Shown here piece after piece: positions 38,662 to 46,005 of a stretch of DNA of 64,000 nucleotides. Below the pieces are notes generated by a model that searched no databases, was not told where the DNA came from, and saw only the letters and a program-made list of their open reading frames with translations. The stretch covers positions 3,393 to 67,392 of the forward strand of contig JANNRF010000294.1 of NCBI GenBank assembly GCA_031401135.1, in the 5' to 3' direction. The DNA comes from Deltaproteobacteria bacterium (GTDB lineage Bacteria; Myxococcota_A; UBA9160; UBA6930). Position 1 is the stretch's first letter, and each line of letters starts with the position of its first letter. The position numbers and the translations under genes are program-made.

Positions 38662-38705
38662 CTCCGCTCGGCTGCGACTCGCCGCGCGGCGAAGCGCCGC
38701 TTGCC
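38662..38705 (+). repeat. GC-rich repeat, copy R4 (44 bp, directly 3' of the ferritin-like gene stop)
   Basis: CTCCGCTCGGCTGCGACTCGCCGCGCGGCGAAGCGCCGCTTGCC. Same family with a 2-nt deletion. Confidence 0.75.
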
Positions 38706-38707
38706 GC

Positions 38708-39259
38708 TCAGTGCCGCAGCGCGGTCACTTCCTGCTGCAGCTTCCCAATCGCGGAGCAGATCTCGTCGAGGCGGTCGTGCAGGCCGCGCATCTCGTTCGA
38801 GCCGCCCGCCGGCTTCGCCTGCACGCGCAGCGCCTGATAACAGCCGCGCAGCATGCGCCCGCTGTCGCGCTCCTCGGAGATGTAACGCCCGAGCAACTCG
38901 CCGGTTGCGATGTCGATCGTCTGGTCGTCGAAGATGCCCTTGAAGATGTCGCGCTCTTCGCGCTTGCCGTAACCGAACGCCTCGAACTTCTCGAGGTCGC
39001 TGCAGTCGGCGTTTGCGATCGCCATGCTCTTCTCGAAAGTCGGATCCGAGCGGTCCTGCACGCCGTAGCCCAGCTCGCAAAGGCGCTTCGTGAATGCGTG
39101 GGAGTGCTCGCCTTCGCGGATCGCCACGGTCTGGATGACTTTCTTCACCTCCGCGTCGGGCGTCTTCGCCGCCCAGCACGAGAGGTATTGATGCGAGCGA
39201 CCTTCGCCCAGCGCGATCGCATTGAGCAGGCCAAGGTAGGTGGGCTTCTTCGAGTCCAT
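38708..39259 (-). CDS. Ferritin-like domain hypothetical protein
   Basis: 183-aa ORF with ATG start. LLNAIALGEGRSHQYL...VAIREGEHSHAFTKRLCELG is an E...ExxH pattern. C-terminal coiled-coil-like tail. More A/T-rich than the flanks. Confidence 0.6.
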   Translation of the reverse strand: MDSKKPTYLGLLNAIALGEGRSHQYLSCWAAKTPDAEVKKVIQTVAIREGEHSHAFTKRLCELGYGVQDRSDPTFEKSMAIANADCSDLEKFEAFGYGKREERDIFKGIFDDQTIDIATGELLGRYISEERDSGRMLRGCYQALRVQAKPAGGSNEMRGLHDRLDEICSAIGKLQQEVTALRH

Positions 39260-39544
39260 GTGGGGGTCTCCTTCGCGTTTGACGCGTGTCGGAATGGTGT
39301 CGGCCTGAACGGGTAGCGCAGCCCGGCCTGCGCCCGCTGCGGCATCCAGTCCGGTCTCCTCGCACTCGCGCCCGGACAGGCCGCGGCGCGCTCGAGTGGG
39401 TGAGCACGCCCGCCGACGCGAAGGGCGAGCTCTTCACGAGTTCGTCACACGAGTGTCGATGTTCTTCATGAGTGAGGACTCGGAATCCGCGCCAAACTCG
39501 GCCTCGTGTAATCGACGCGACGAGAGGCCGCGAGGTAGCCCCCG

Positions 39545-39802
39545 ATGACCAACGCAACGCAACCCGAGGAACTTGCGCGCGCTGAGATTGCGGGCCTGCT
39601 GCCGGTTCGCGAACAACTCTCGCGGCGAGCGAGCGCGCTTCGCCTTCGGGGTTCGGGCGCCCGTGGCCTCCGGCGCGACGTGCTCGGCGACAAGGCGGAA
39701 CGCTGCGAGCGCGTAGTCCGCCGGCTCGATGCCCGCATTCGCCTGGCGGCCGAGATCATCGCGATCGGCGCGGTCGCGGGCGTAACAATCCCTGAGACGT
39801 AG
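39545..39802 (+). CDS. Possible small hypothetical protein (85 aa)
   Basis: ORF with ATG start and a weak GAGG upstream. GC-rich third codon positions in this frame. No recognisable family, so it could be spurious. Confidence 0.3.
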   Translation: MTNATQPEELARAEIAGLLPVREQLSRRASALRLRGSGARGLRRDVLGDKAERCERVVRRLDARIRLAAEIIAIGAVAGVTIPET

Positions 39803-39824
39803 GGCCTCCTCGAACAGCAGTTCG

Positions 39825-40526
39825 TCACTCGGCGAACAGGCGGGACGCCGCGAGCGCGAAGCGCTTTCCGAACCTGAGAGCAGCCAGCCCGCTGAAATCC
39901 CGGGCCGGCCGCGGCGGAGGGGCCTCCGGCGTGGGCGCCGCGTGCGGGAGCCTCAGCATCGCTTCGTCGTACGCGACGCCGAAAAACGCGCAGACGCGCC
40001 GCAGCTCGGAGCCGGGCTCGGTCACCAATAACTCGTATCGCAACTCGAGCCGCCGCTGCGGGTCGATCTCAGCAGCGATGCGCCGCCACTCTCGATCCGC
40101 TTCGCGCAGAGCCTGCGGCGCGGTGCTCGCAAGATCGCCAGCGCCCGGGATGCCGCGCTTCAGGTAGACGAAGCGCGCGTGCGGCCACAGCCGTAACAAG
40201 CGGTGGTAGTGACGGTGAGCGCTGGCGCCGAACAGCGCAGCCTCGGATCGCGCGCGCTGCTGGGCGAGTAGCGAGCGCACGAGTTCCGGGAACCGGAGCG
40301 TCGGATCGATCAGCAGGCGGAGTTCGCGAACCCGCGGCGCGTACGCCAACTGCTGCCAATACGGGATCAGCGGCGGCCAATCCGCGTGCTCGCTCTCTGC
40401 CCAATCGAGCGCGAAGTCGAAGTCTCCGGCCCAAGCGATCCTCGAATGCGCAGCCAGCATCAACTCGAGCAGCAACATCCCGGAGCGTTCCGCGCCCAAC
40501 AAGAAGACAGGCTCCACCACATCCAC
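39825..40526 (-). CDS. Sulfotransferase family protein
   Basis: 233 aa, GTG start. N-terminal PAPS-binding-loop-like VFLLGAERSGMLLL, plus RFVYLKR and LRYELLVTEPGSELRRVCAFFGV, as in bacterial sulfotransferases. Confidence 0.65.
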   Translation of the reverse strand: MDVVEPVFLLGAERSGMLLLELMLAAHSRIAWAGDFDFALDWAESEHADWPPLIPYWQQLAYAPRVRELRLLIDPTLRFPELVRSLLAQQRARSEAALFGASAHRHYHRLLRLWPHARFVYLKRGIPGAGDLASTAPQALREADREWRRIAAEIDPQRRLELRYELLVTEPGSELRRVCAFFGVAYDEAMLRLPHAAPTPEAPPPRPARDFSGLAALRFGKRFALAASRLFAE

Positions 40527-40678
40527 CTCCGCAGTGCGGAGGATGAAGCGCGCGCGCGGCGAGCGTGCGGCGCGCGGCGCAAGTCGCGGTCACGCGCGAG
40601 TGTGGATCGCGTGAAGAGCGCGCGGGCCTCCGCATGCCGTGTTGTTGGGCTCGATGCGGCGCTTACCGCGCAAACGAA

Positions 40679-41047
40679 TCACCTGCGGATCGGCACAGCC
40701 CGAACGCGAATCCTCTCGTCCTCGACTGTCACGATCGCTCCGCGGGCGAGATCGGCCTCGGTCGAGTTCAGTGCGCGCAGGAGTCGGGAGTTCACGTGCT
40801 CGATGCGCGCAGAACCGAGTCGAAGCGATACGACGGAAGGCCCAAGTTCGCGGGAGAGCGCGACGAGCGCCGAGAAATTGAGATCTTGCGTGACGATGAC
40901 GCGGCGCTCGGCGATGGCGAAGGCCACAAGCAACGCGTCCGGCGTTGTCGGTTCGAGCGCTTCGGTCACGCGAACGACATCGTGGCCGTGTGCTCTTAGG
41001 TGCGCCGCAGTTCTCGGCGCGACGTTCACATCAACAAGCAGTCTCAC
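40679..41047 (-). CDS. DUF5615 PIN-like (Mut7-C-like) putative toxin
   Basis: ORF 40679..41080 trimmed to GTG 41045-41047 (GTGA overlap with the DUF433 stop). Sequence: VRLLVDVNVAPRTAAHLRAHGHDVV...VIVTQDLNFS. Confidence 0.7.
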   Translation of the reverse strand: MRLLVDVNVAPRTAAHLRAHGHDVVRVTEALEPTTPDALLVAFAIAERRVIVTQDLNFSALVALSRELGPSVVSLRLGSARIEHVNSRLLRALNSTEADLARGAIVTVEDERIRVRAVPIRR

Positions 41048-41265
41048 GCGACGGCGGTTGTGCGTTCGCTCGCGAGCCATGCGCCGTAACGCGCCGCTTC
41101 GAGCACATCCTCGCGCTCGAGTTCCGGATATTCGCGCGCGATCTCATCCGCGGTGTAGCCGTCACCGATCAGCCTGAGCACGAACTCGACCGTGAAGCGA
41201 AGCCCACGAATCGTAGGCTTCCCTTCGCAAACGCCCGGCACAACCTTGATTCGCTCGAACCGCAT
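41044..41265 (-). CDS. DUF433 domain protein (putative antitoxin partner)
   Basis: 73 aa. VVPGVCEGKPTIRGLRFTVEFVLRLIGDGYTADEIAREYPELEREDVLEA is the typical DUF433 pattern. Confidence 0.8.
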   Translation of the reverse strand: MRFERIKVVPGVCEGKPTIRGLRFTVEFVLRLIGDGYTADEIAREYPELEREDVLEAARYGAWLASERTTAVA

Positions 41266-41320
41266 CGGGCAACCCTACGACCGCACCGCGTGGCCCGCAA
41301 TCCGCGAAGTACGCGCAGCC

Positions 41321-43735
41321 TCACATCCCCTGCGCGCGAGCGGGCGGAGGATCTTCGAGCGCGCCTTCCGCGATCAGCGCTTCGATCTGTGCCTCCGAGA
41401 ACCCAAGCAGCGTGCGCGCGATCTCGCGCGTGTGTTCGCCGAGTTCGGGGCACGGCCGCACGATCACGTCGCTCATGCCAGTTGCTGCGAAGGCGGGCCC
41501 TTCGAGCGCCATGCGTCCAAGGCCAGGCTGATCGATCCAGCGAGCGTAGTTCCAGGCCTGATAATGCGGGTCGTCGAGCTGATCGGTGCCGGTGAACATC
41601 GGCCCGCACGGGACGCGGTGCTGCTGAAGCAACGTGGCGATTTCGCGCTTGCCGAGAGTCTTCGTCCAAGCGCTGAGGATCGCGTCGAGCTCGTCCTGCG
41701 CGGCGAGGCGGCCCGCAGCAGCGACGAAACGCGCGTCGCTCGCGAGCGCGGCGTCGCCGATCGCGGCGGACAGCTGCTTCCACTCGGCGTCGCTCTGCAC
41801 CGTAATCACGCACCACTGCTGCTCACCCGCGCACGGGTAGGCGCCCCAGGGCGCGCCTTGCTCGCTGCGGTTGCCGCGCGGCTTCACCGAGCCGGGCGCG
41901 AGGCCTTCCTTCAGTAACAACTCGGCGAGCATGCCGGTGACGTTCTCGATCTGCGCCACCTCGGCGTGGCCGCCCGCGCCGGTGCGCTCGCGGCGGAGCA
42001 GCGCTGCCAGCGCCGCGAATGCGCAGGTTCGGCCCGCCAGGTGATCAGGGAAGATCGCGCCCGAGCCGGCCGGGAAATCTTGGTCGTCGTAATTCCAAAG
42101 ATGCACGAGGCCGCCGATCGGCTGGGTGCTCGGGCCGTAGCCGATCCAGCTCTTCCAGGCGCCGTGCGCACCCAACAACTGGCTCGAGACCATCACTGCG
42201 CGCGGGTTGATTGCGCGCACGGTTTCGTAGCCGACGCCCATGTCGTCCATCGTGCCGGTGGCGCTGTTCTCGATGATCACGTCCGCGTGGGCGATCAGCT
42301 TTTTGAGCGCAGCCACGCCCTCGGGCTTTTTCACGTTCACGCCGAACGAGCGTTTGCTGCGGCTCGACGAGGTGAACGAGGGCGAAACCCAACTGCCCGA
42401 GATGGTGCGGATGAAATCCGGGTAGCTGCGCGTTTCGATCTTGATCACATCGGCGCCGTACTCGGCGAACAAGCGGCTGGCTTCGACGCCGACGCCGCCG
42501 ATGCCGAAATCGAGCACGCGCAGGCCCGCGAGCGGCAGCGAGGGCGTGGGCGCGGCGCCGCTCGGCGCCGCGCGTTTCTGCGCGCCCGCAGCGAACGCGG
42601 CGAGATCGTTCTGGCCGCGCGTGGGCGCCGCGCTGCGGAAGCCCTGGCGCACGCCATCCAGCGACAAGAAGCCGCTCGCGACGGGGCCTGTTAGGCCGGG
42701 CGCAACCTCGGCTTCGACGAACGTGCCGCGCGAGCGCAGGTGCACGTTTTTCAGCACCTCGCTCGGCCGCAGCACCGGCGTGCACACGATGCCGCGCCGC
42801 TGCGCCTCCGCGGAGACTTCCTCCATCGTGAGTTCCGCGAAGTGCGCCTCATAACGCTTCGTGAGCAGATCCGCGTTCATCAAGCGCGCGACGAAACCTT
42901 CCCAGTGCGCGTCCGCGAACTCCTCGGGCTTGCCGAGCCACTCCCACATCGCCCGCCACTGCCGCGCCGAGAGCACCACCAGCCGCACGTAGCCGCCCTT
43001 GCACTTGTAGATCGTGTAGACCGGCCCGCTGCCGTTGCGCAGCTCGGCGACCGGCAGCCCCTTCTCCCGTAACAAGCTCGCGTTCGGGAACGACCAGTCC
43101 GTGGTCTGCGCGGTGGCGAGCAGCAAGGAGAAATCGAGGTGTTGACCGCGCCCGGCGGCGCGGCGTTGCCAGAGCGCGAGCAGCGTCGCGAAGGCGGCGC
43201 TCACCGAAGCCACGTCGTGCGCGAGCGGCACCGGCGGAATCAGCGGCGGCTTCGAGGGGATGCCTGCCTTGAAGAGCATGCCGCTCATGGCTTCGAGCAC
43301 GGCGTCGGTCGCGAGCCAGTCGGCGTAGGGGCCCGTGTGCCCGAAATCGGTGAGCGAGACGTGGACGAGATGCGGATGCGCAGCGGCGATCACGGCGGGT
43401 TCGAGGCGCTGCGCGGCGCGTTCGCTCGCGTTCGTGGATTCGAGCAGCACATCGCAGCTCGCGAGCAGCGCCGCGAGCTGCGCGCGGCCAGCGGGGCTCG
43501 CGAGATCGAGCGTTGCGCCGCGCTTGTTCGCGTTGCGCCACGCGAAGTGCAGGCTCACGCCCGCGTGCAGCGGCACGAAACCGCGCGAAACCGCGCCGCC
43601 CGGTTTCTCGATGCGCAGCACGTCGGCGCCGAGATCCGCGAGCAGCCGCCCGCACAATTCGCCGCGCCCGTCTGCGAGATCGACGACGCGCACTCCTGCG
43701 AGCGGGCGTTCGGCGGCGGCGTTCGACTGCGGCAT
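41321..43735 (-). CDS. Tandem-fused CaiB/BaiF family III CoA-transferase (two CoA-transferase modules in one polypeptide)
   Basis: ORF 41321..44098 trimmed to ATG 43733-43735 (AAGGGAG upstream). Module 1: LAGVRVVDLADGRGELCGRLLADLGADVLRIEKPGG. Module 2: LAGLRVLDFGIGGVGVEASRLFAEYGADVIKIE. Confidence 0.88.
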   Translation of the reverse strand: MPQSNAAAERPLAGVRVVDLADGRGELCGRLLADLGADVLRIEKPGGAVSRGFVPLHAGVSLHFAWRNANKRGATLDLASPAGRAQLAALLASCDVLLESTNASERAAQRLEPAVIAAAHPHLVHVSLTDFGHTGPYADWLATDAVLEAMSGMLFKAGIPSKPPLIPPVPLAHDVASVSAAFATLLALWQRRAAGRGQHLDFSLLLATAQTTDWSFPNASLLREKGLPVAELRNGSGPVYTIYKCKGGYVRLVVLSARQWRAMWEWLGKPEEFADAHWEGFVARLMNADLLTKRYEAHFAELTMEEVSAEAQRRGIVCTPVLRPSEVLKNVHLRSRGTFVEAEVAPGLTGPVASGFLSLDGVRQGFRSAAPTRGQNDLAAFAAGAQKRAAPSGAAPTPSLPLAGLRVLDFGIGGVGVEASRLFAEYGADVIKIETRSYPDFIRTISGSWVSPSFTSSSRSKRSFGVNVKKPEGVAALKKLIAHADVIIENSATGTMDDMGVGYETVRAINPRAVMVSSQLLGAHGAWKSWIGYGPSTQPIGGLVHLWNYDDQDFPAGSGAIFPDHLAGRTCAFAALAALLRRERTGAGGHAEVAQIENVTGMLAELLLKEGLAPGSVKPRGNRSEQGAPWGAYPCAGEQQWCVITVQSDAEWKQLSAAIGDAALASDARFVAAAGRLAAQDELDAILSAWTKTLGKREIATLLQQHRVPCGPMFTGTDQLDDPHYQAWNYARWIDQPGLGRMALEGPAFAATGMSDVIVRPCPELGEHTREIARTLLGFSEAQIEALIAEGALEDPPPARAQGM

Positions 43736-43903
43736 CTCGGCTCCCTTGGGCAAGGCGGAGCATTCTACGCGGGCCTCGCGCGCGGGAACCACAAGAAGCG
43801 CTGCGTTCTCGGCTGGACCGTTGCCGCGCGCGCATGGCCGCCTGACAATGGCCCCTCCGCGGCGAGCCCGGGGCGAGCGAAGTCCCAAAACAGGAGACGA
43901 GAG

Positions 43904-44683
43904 ATGGACTATCAGGATCTTCGCGTCGAACGCCGCGGCGAGGTGGAGATCCTCACGATCGACCGCCCCGAAGCGCGCAACGCGCTCACCTTCCGCACCT
44001 ACGCCGAACTCGAGCACGCCGTGCGCAACACCACGGCGCGCTGCCTGGTGATTACGGGCGCGGGCCCGGCGTTCTGCTCGGGCGACGACGTGAAACAAGT
44101 AATGGGCGGCGGCGATGGCAAGGCCGGCGAGCGGCTCGCAGCGCAGGCGCCGCGCCTAACACCCGCGGCCGAGGCGCTGCTCACCAGCAACGTGCCCGCG
44201 ATCGCGGCGGTGAACGGCGCGGCCGTCGGCTGGGGCATGGAGCTCGCCATGATGTGCGACCTGCGCGTCGCCTCGGAGCGCGCGAAGTTCGGCGAGCTGT
44301 TCGTGCTGCGCGGCCTGTGCTGCGACGTCGCGGGCCTCTCGCGGCTCGCCTCGCTGGTTGGGCGCGAGAAGGCCGCGGAGCTGCTCTTCACCGGCGACGT
44401 GATCGACGCGCAGGAAGCGCTTCGGATCGGCCTGGTCTCGCGCGTGGTGCCCGAGGCGCAGCTGCTCGAAACCGCGATCGCGCTCGCGACCAAGATCGCC
44501 TCGAACCCGCCGCTCGCGGTGCGCCGCATCAAAGCGGGCCTGCGCGAAGCGCTCGACCCCGAGTGGAAGACGCTGGGCGAGTGGGTGAGCCGCTCGCTCG
44601 GCGAGTTGTTCAAGACCGAGGATCACCGCGAAGGCGTGAAGTCGTTCCTCGAAAAGCGTCCGGCGAAGTACGTGGGGCGTTAG
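43904..44683 (+). CDS. Enoyl-CoA hydratase/isomerase family protein
   Basis: C-terminal 259 aa of ORF 43139..44683, from ATG 43904 (AGGAGA upstream). Sequence: EILTIDRPEARNALT...LVITGAGPAFCSGDDV...AAVNGAAVGWGMELAMMCD. Confidence 0.9.
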   Translation: MDYQDLRVERRGEVEILTIDRPEARNALTFRTYAELEHAVRNTTARCLVITGAGPAFCSGDDVKQVMGGGDGKAGERLAAQAPRLTPAAEALLTSNVPAIAAVNGAAVGWGMELAMMCDLRVASERAKFGELFVLRGLCCDVAGLSRLASLVGREKAAELLFTGDVIDAQEALRIGLVSRVVPEAQLLETAIALATKIASNPPLAVRRIKAGLREALDPEWKTLGEWVSRSLGELFKTEDHREGVKSFLEKRPAKYVGR

Positions 44684-44743
44684 GGCCCTCGCGCGTTAGG
44701 CAAGACCGGGCGTTCGCACACACCCCAACAGAGGAGATCTCCC

Positions 44744-45655
44744 ATGGGCGTTCTGGCAGGCAAGGTCGCGATTGTTACGGGCGCGGGGCGCGGCATCGGG
44801 CGCGAGATGGCGCTCGATTTCGTGCGCGAGGGCGCGCGCGTGGTCGTCAACGATCTCGGTGGCAATCCGGACGGCACGGGCGCGGCGCGCATCGCGGACG
44901 AAGTCGTCGCCGAGCTCCGGGCGATCGGCGGCGAGGCGGTCGCGAACTACGACAGTGTGGCCACGGTCGAAGGCGGCCAGCGCATTCTGAAGAGCGCGCT
45001 CGATGCCTTCGGCGCCTGCGACATCCTCGTCAACAACGCTGGCATTCTGCGCGATAGGACGATCTTCAAGCTCGAAGAGGCGGACTGGGACGCGGTGATC
45101 GCTGTGCACCTGAAGGGCCATTACGCCTGCTCGCGGCCGTTCGCGAACTACGTCCGCGAAACGAACCGCACGGGCTGCCGCATCGTCAACTTCTCCTCGG
45201 TCTCGGGCCTGTACGGAAACTTCGGGCAGACCAATTATGCCGCCGCCAAGGCCGGCATCGCGGGCTTCAGCCGCACGCTCGCGCTCGAGCTCGCGAAGTA
45301 CGGCTGCACCGTGAACACGATCTCGCCCGGTGCTGCGACGCGGCTCACGATTCCGCTGATGCAGGGACGCGGCGAGGCGGATCGTGCGGAGAGCCCGCTC
45401 ACCGCGCCGGCGCAGATCGCGCCGGTCGTCACCTGGCTGTGCTCGGCCAAGGGCCAGGGCACTACGTCACAGATCCTGAACGTAATGAGTGGCGACGTCG
45501 GCATCATGCAGCAGCCGGCCGTAATTCGTGCGTTCACAAAGGGCGGCGCACTGTTCTCGCAGAGCGATCTCGATGCCGTGATGCCGCAGCTGCTCGCCGC
45601 GCGACAGGCGAACCTCGAGCGCGCGAAGAAGGAAGGCGCGGCGGAGAAGTTCTAG
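44744..45655 (+). CDS. SDR-family dehydrogenase resembling the (3R)-hydroxyacyl-CoA dehydrogenase domain of multifunctional enzyme type 2
   Basis: 303 aa. Sequence: VAIVTGAGRGIGREMAL...DILVNNAGILRD...SSVSGLYGNFGQTNYAAAKAG. Confidence 0.88.
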   Translation: MGVLAGKVAIVTGAGRGIGREMALDFVREGARVVVNDLGGNPDGTGAARIADEVVAELRAIGGEAVANYDSVATVEGGQRILKSALDAFGACDILVNNAGILRDRTIFKLEEADWDAVIAVHLKGHYACSRPFANYVRETNRTGCRIVNFSSVSGLYGNFGQTNYAAAKAGIAGFSRTLALELAKYGCTVNTISPGAATRLTIPLMQGRGEADRAESPLTAPAQIAPVVTWLCSAKGQGTTSQILNVMSGDVGIMQQPAVIRAFTKGGALFSQSDLDAVMPQLLAARQANLERAKKEGAAEKF

Positions 45656-45760
45656 TCAAGAGCAAGGACATCGAAGGCCGCATCAAGCTGCGGGTCCGAC
45701 AGAACAGCACAGCACAGACGTCCGGCTGAAACTCAATCCCCGCACGACCACGCTAGAAGA

Positions 45761-45797
45761 GTGAATCCAGCGCGCCTCAACGGCGCGCTGGATTCAC
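45761..45797. other. Perfect hairpin (16-bp stem, 5-nt loop) between convergent genes
   Basis: GTGAATCCAGCGCGCC-TCAAC-GGCGCGCTGGATTCAC, read directly from the sequence. No U/T tract follows on either strand, so it is not a canonical intrinsic terminator. Confidence 0.6.
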
Positions 45798-45829
45798 CCT
45801 CCCACCCCAGTCCCACGACCGGCACCACC

Positions 45830-45979
45830 CCGAGCGGATTGGGCGGGCAGCGGCGGAGCGGAAGTAAAGCGGAGCAGGAAACGCCGGACCGAGAAGGGCT
45901 CGGGAACTCCGAGCATCGGTTCACCCCGATAGTCACAGCGAGCCATGGAGCGGAGCCGCTGCCCGCCCAATCCGCTCGG
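45830..45979. repeat. Perfect 25-bp inverted repeat enclosing a 100-nt spacer
   Basis: The left arm at 45830-45854 is CCGAGCGGATTGGGCGGGCAGCGGC. Its exact reverse complement lies at 45955-45979. The interior (45855-45954) contains small local hairpins: CTCGG-GAACT-CCGAG and ATCGG-TTCACC-CCGAT. Confidence 0.85.
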
Positions 45980-46005
45980 CGCACGAGGCGCGCACCTCGC
46001 ACTCC

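Noticed and set aside
45855-45954. Possible tRNA-like, SRP, 6S or retron ncRNA in the interior of the 25-bp inverted repeat.
   Set aside because: The T-loop-like ATCGG-TTCACC-CCGAT does not fit the T-loop consensus. The putative anticodon stem has a 5-nt loop. No SRP GGAA-type helix 8 motif is present. No reverse transcriptase gene is nearby. It is reported only as an unexplained structure.
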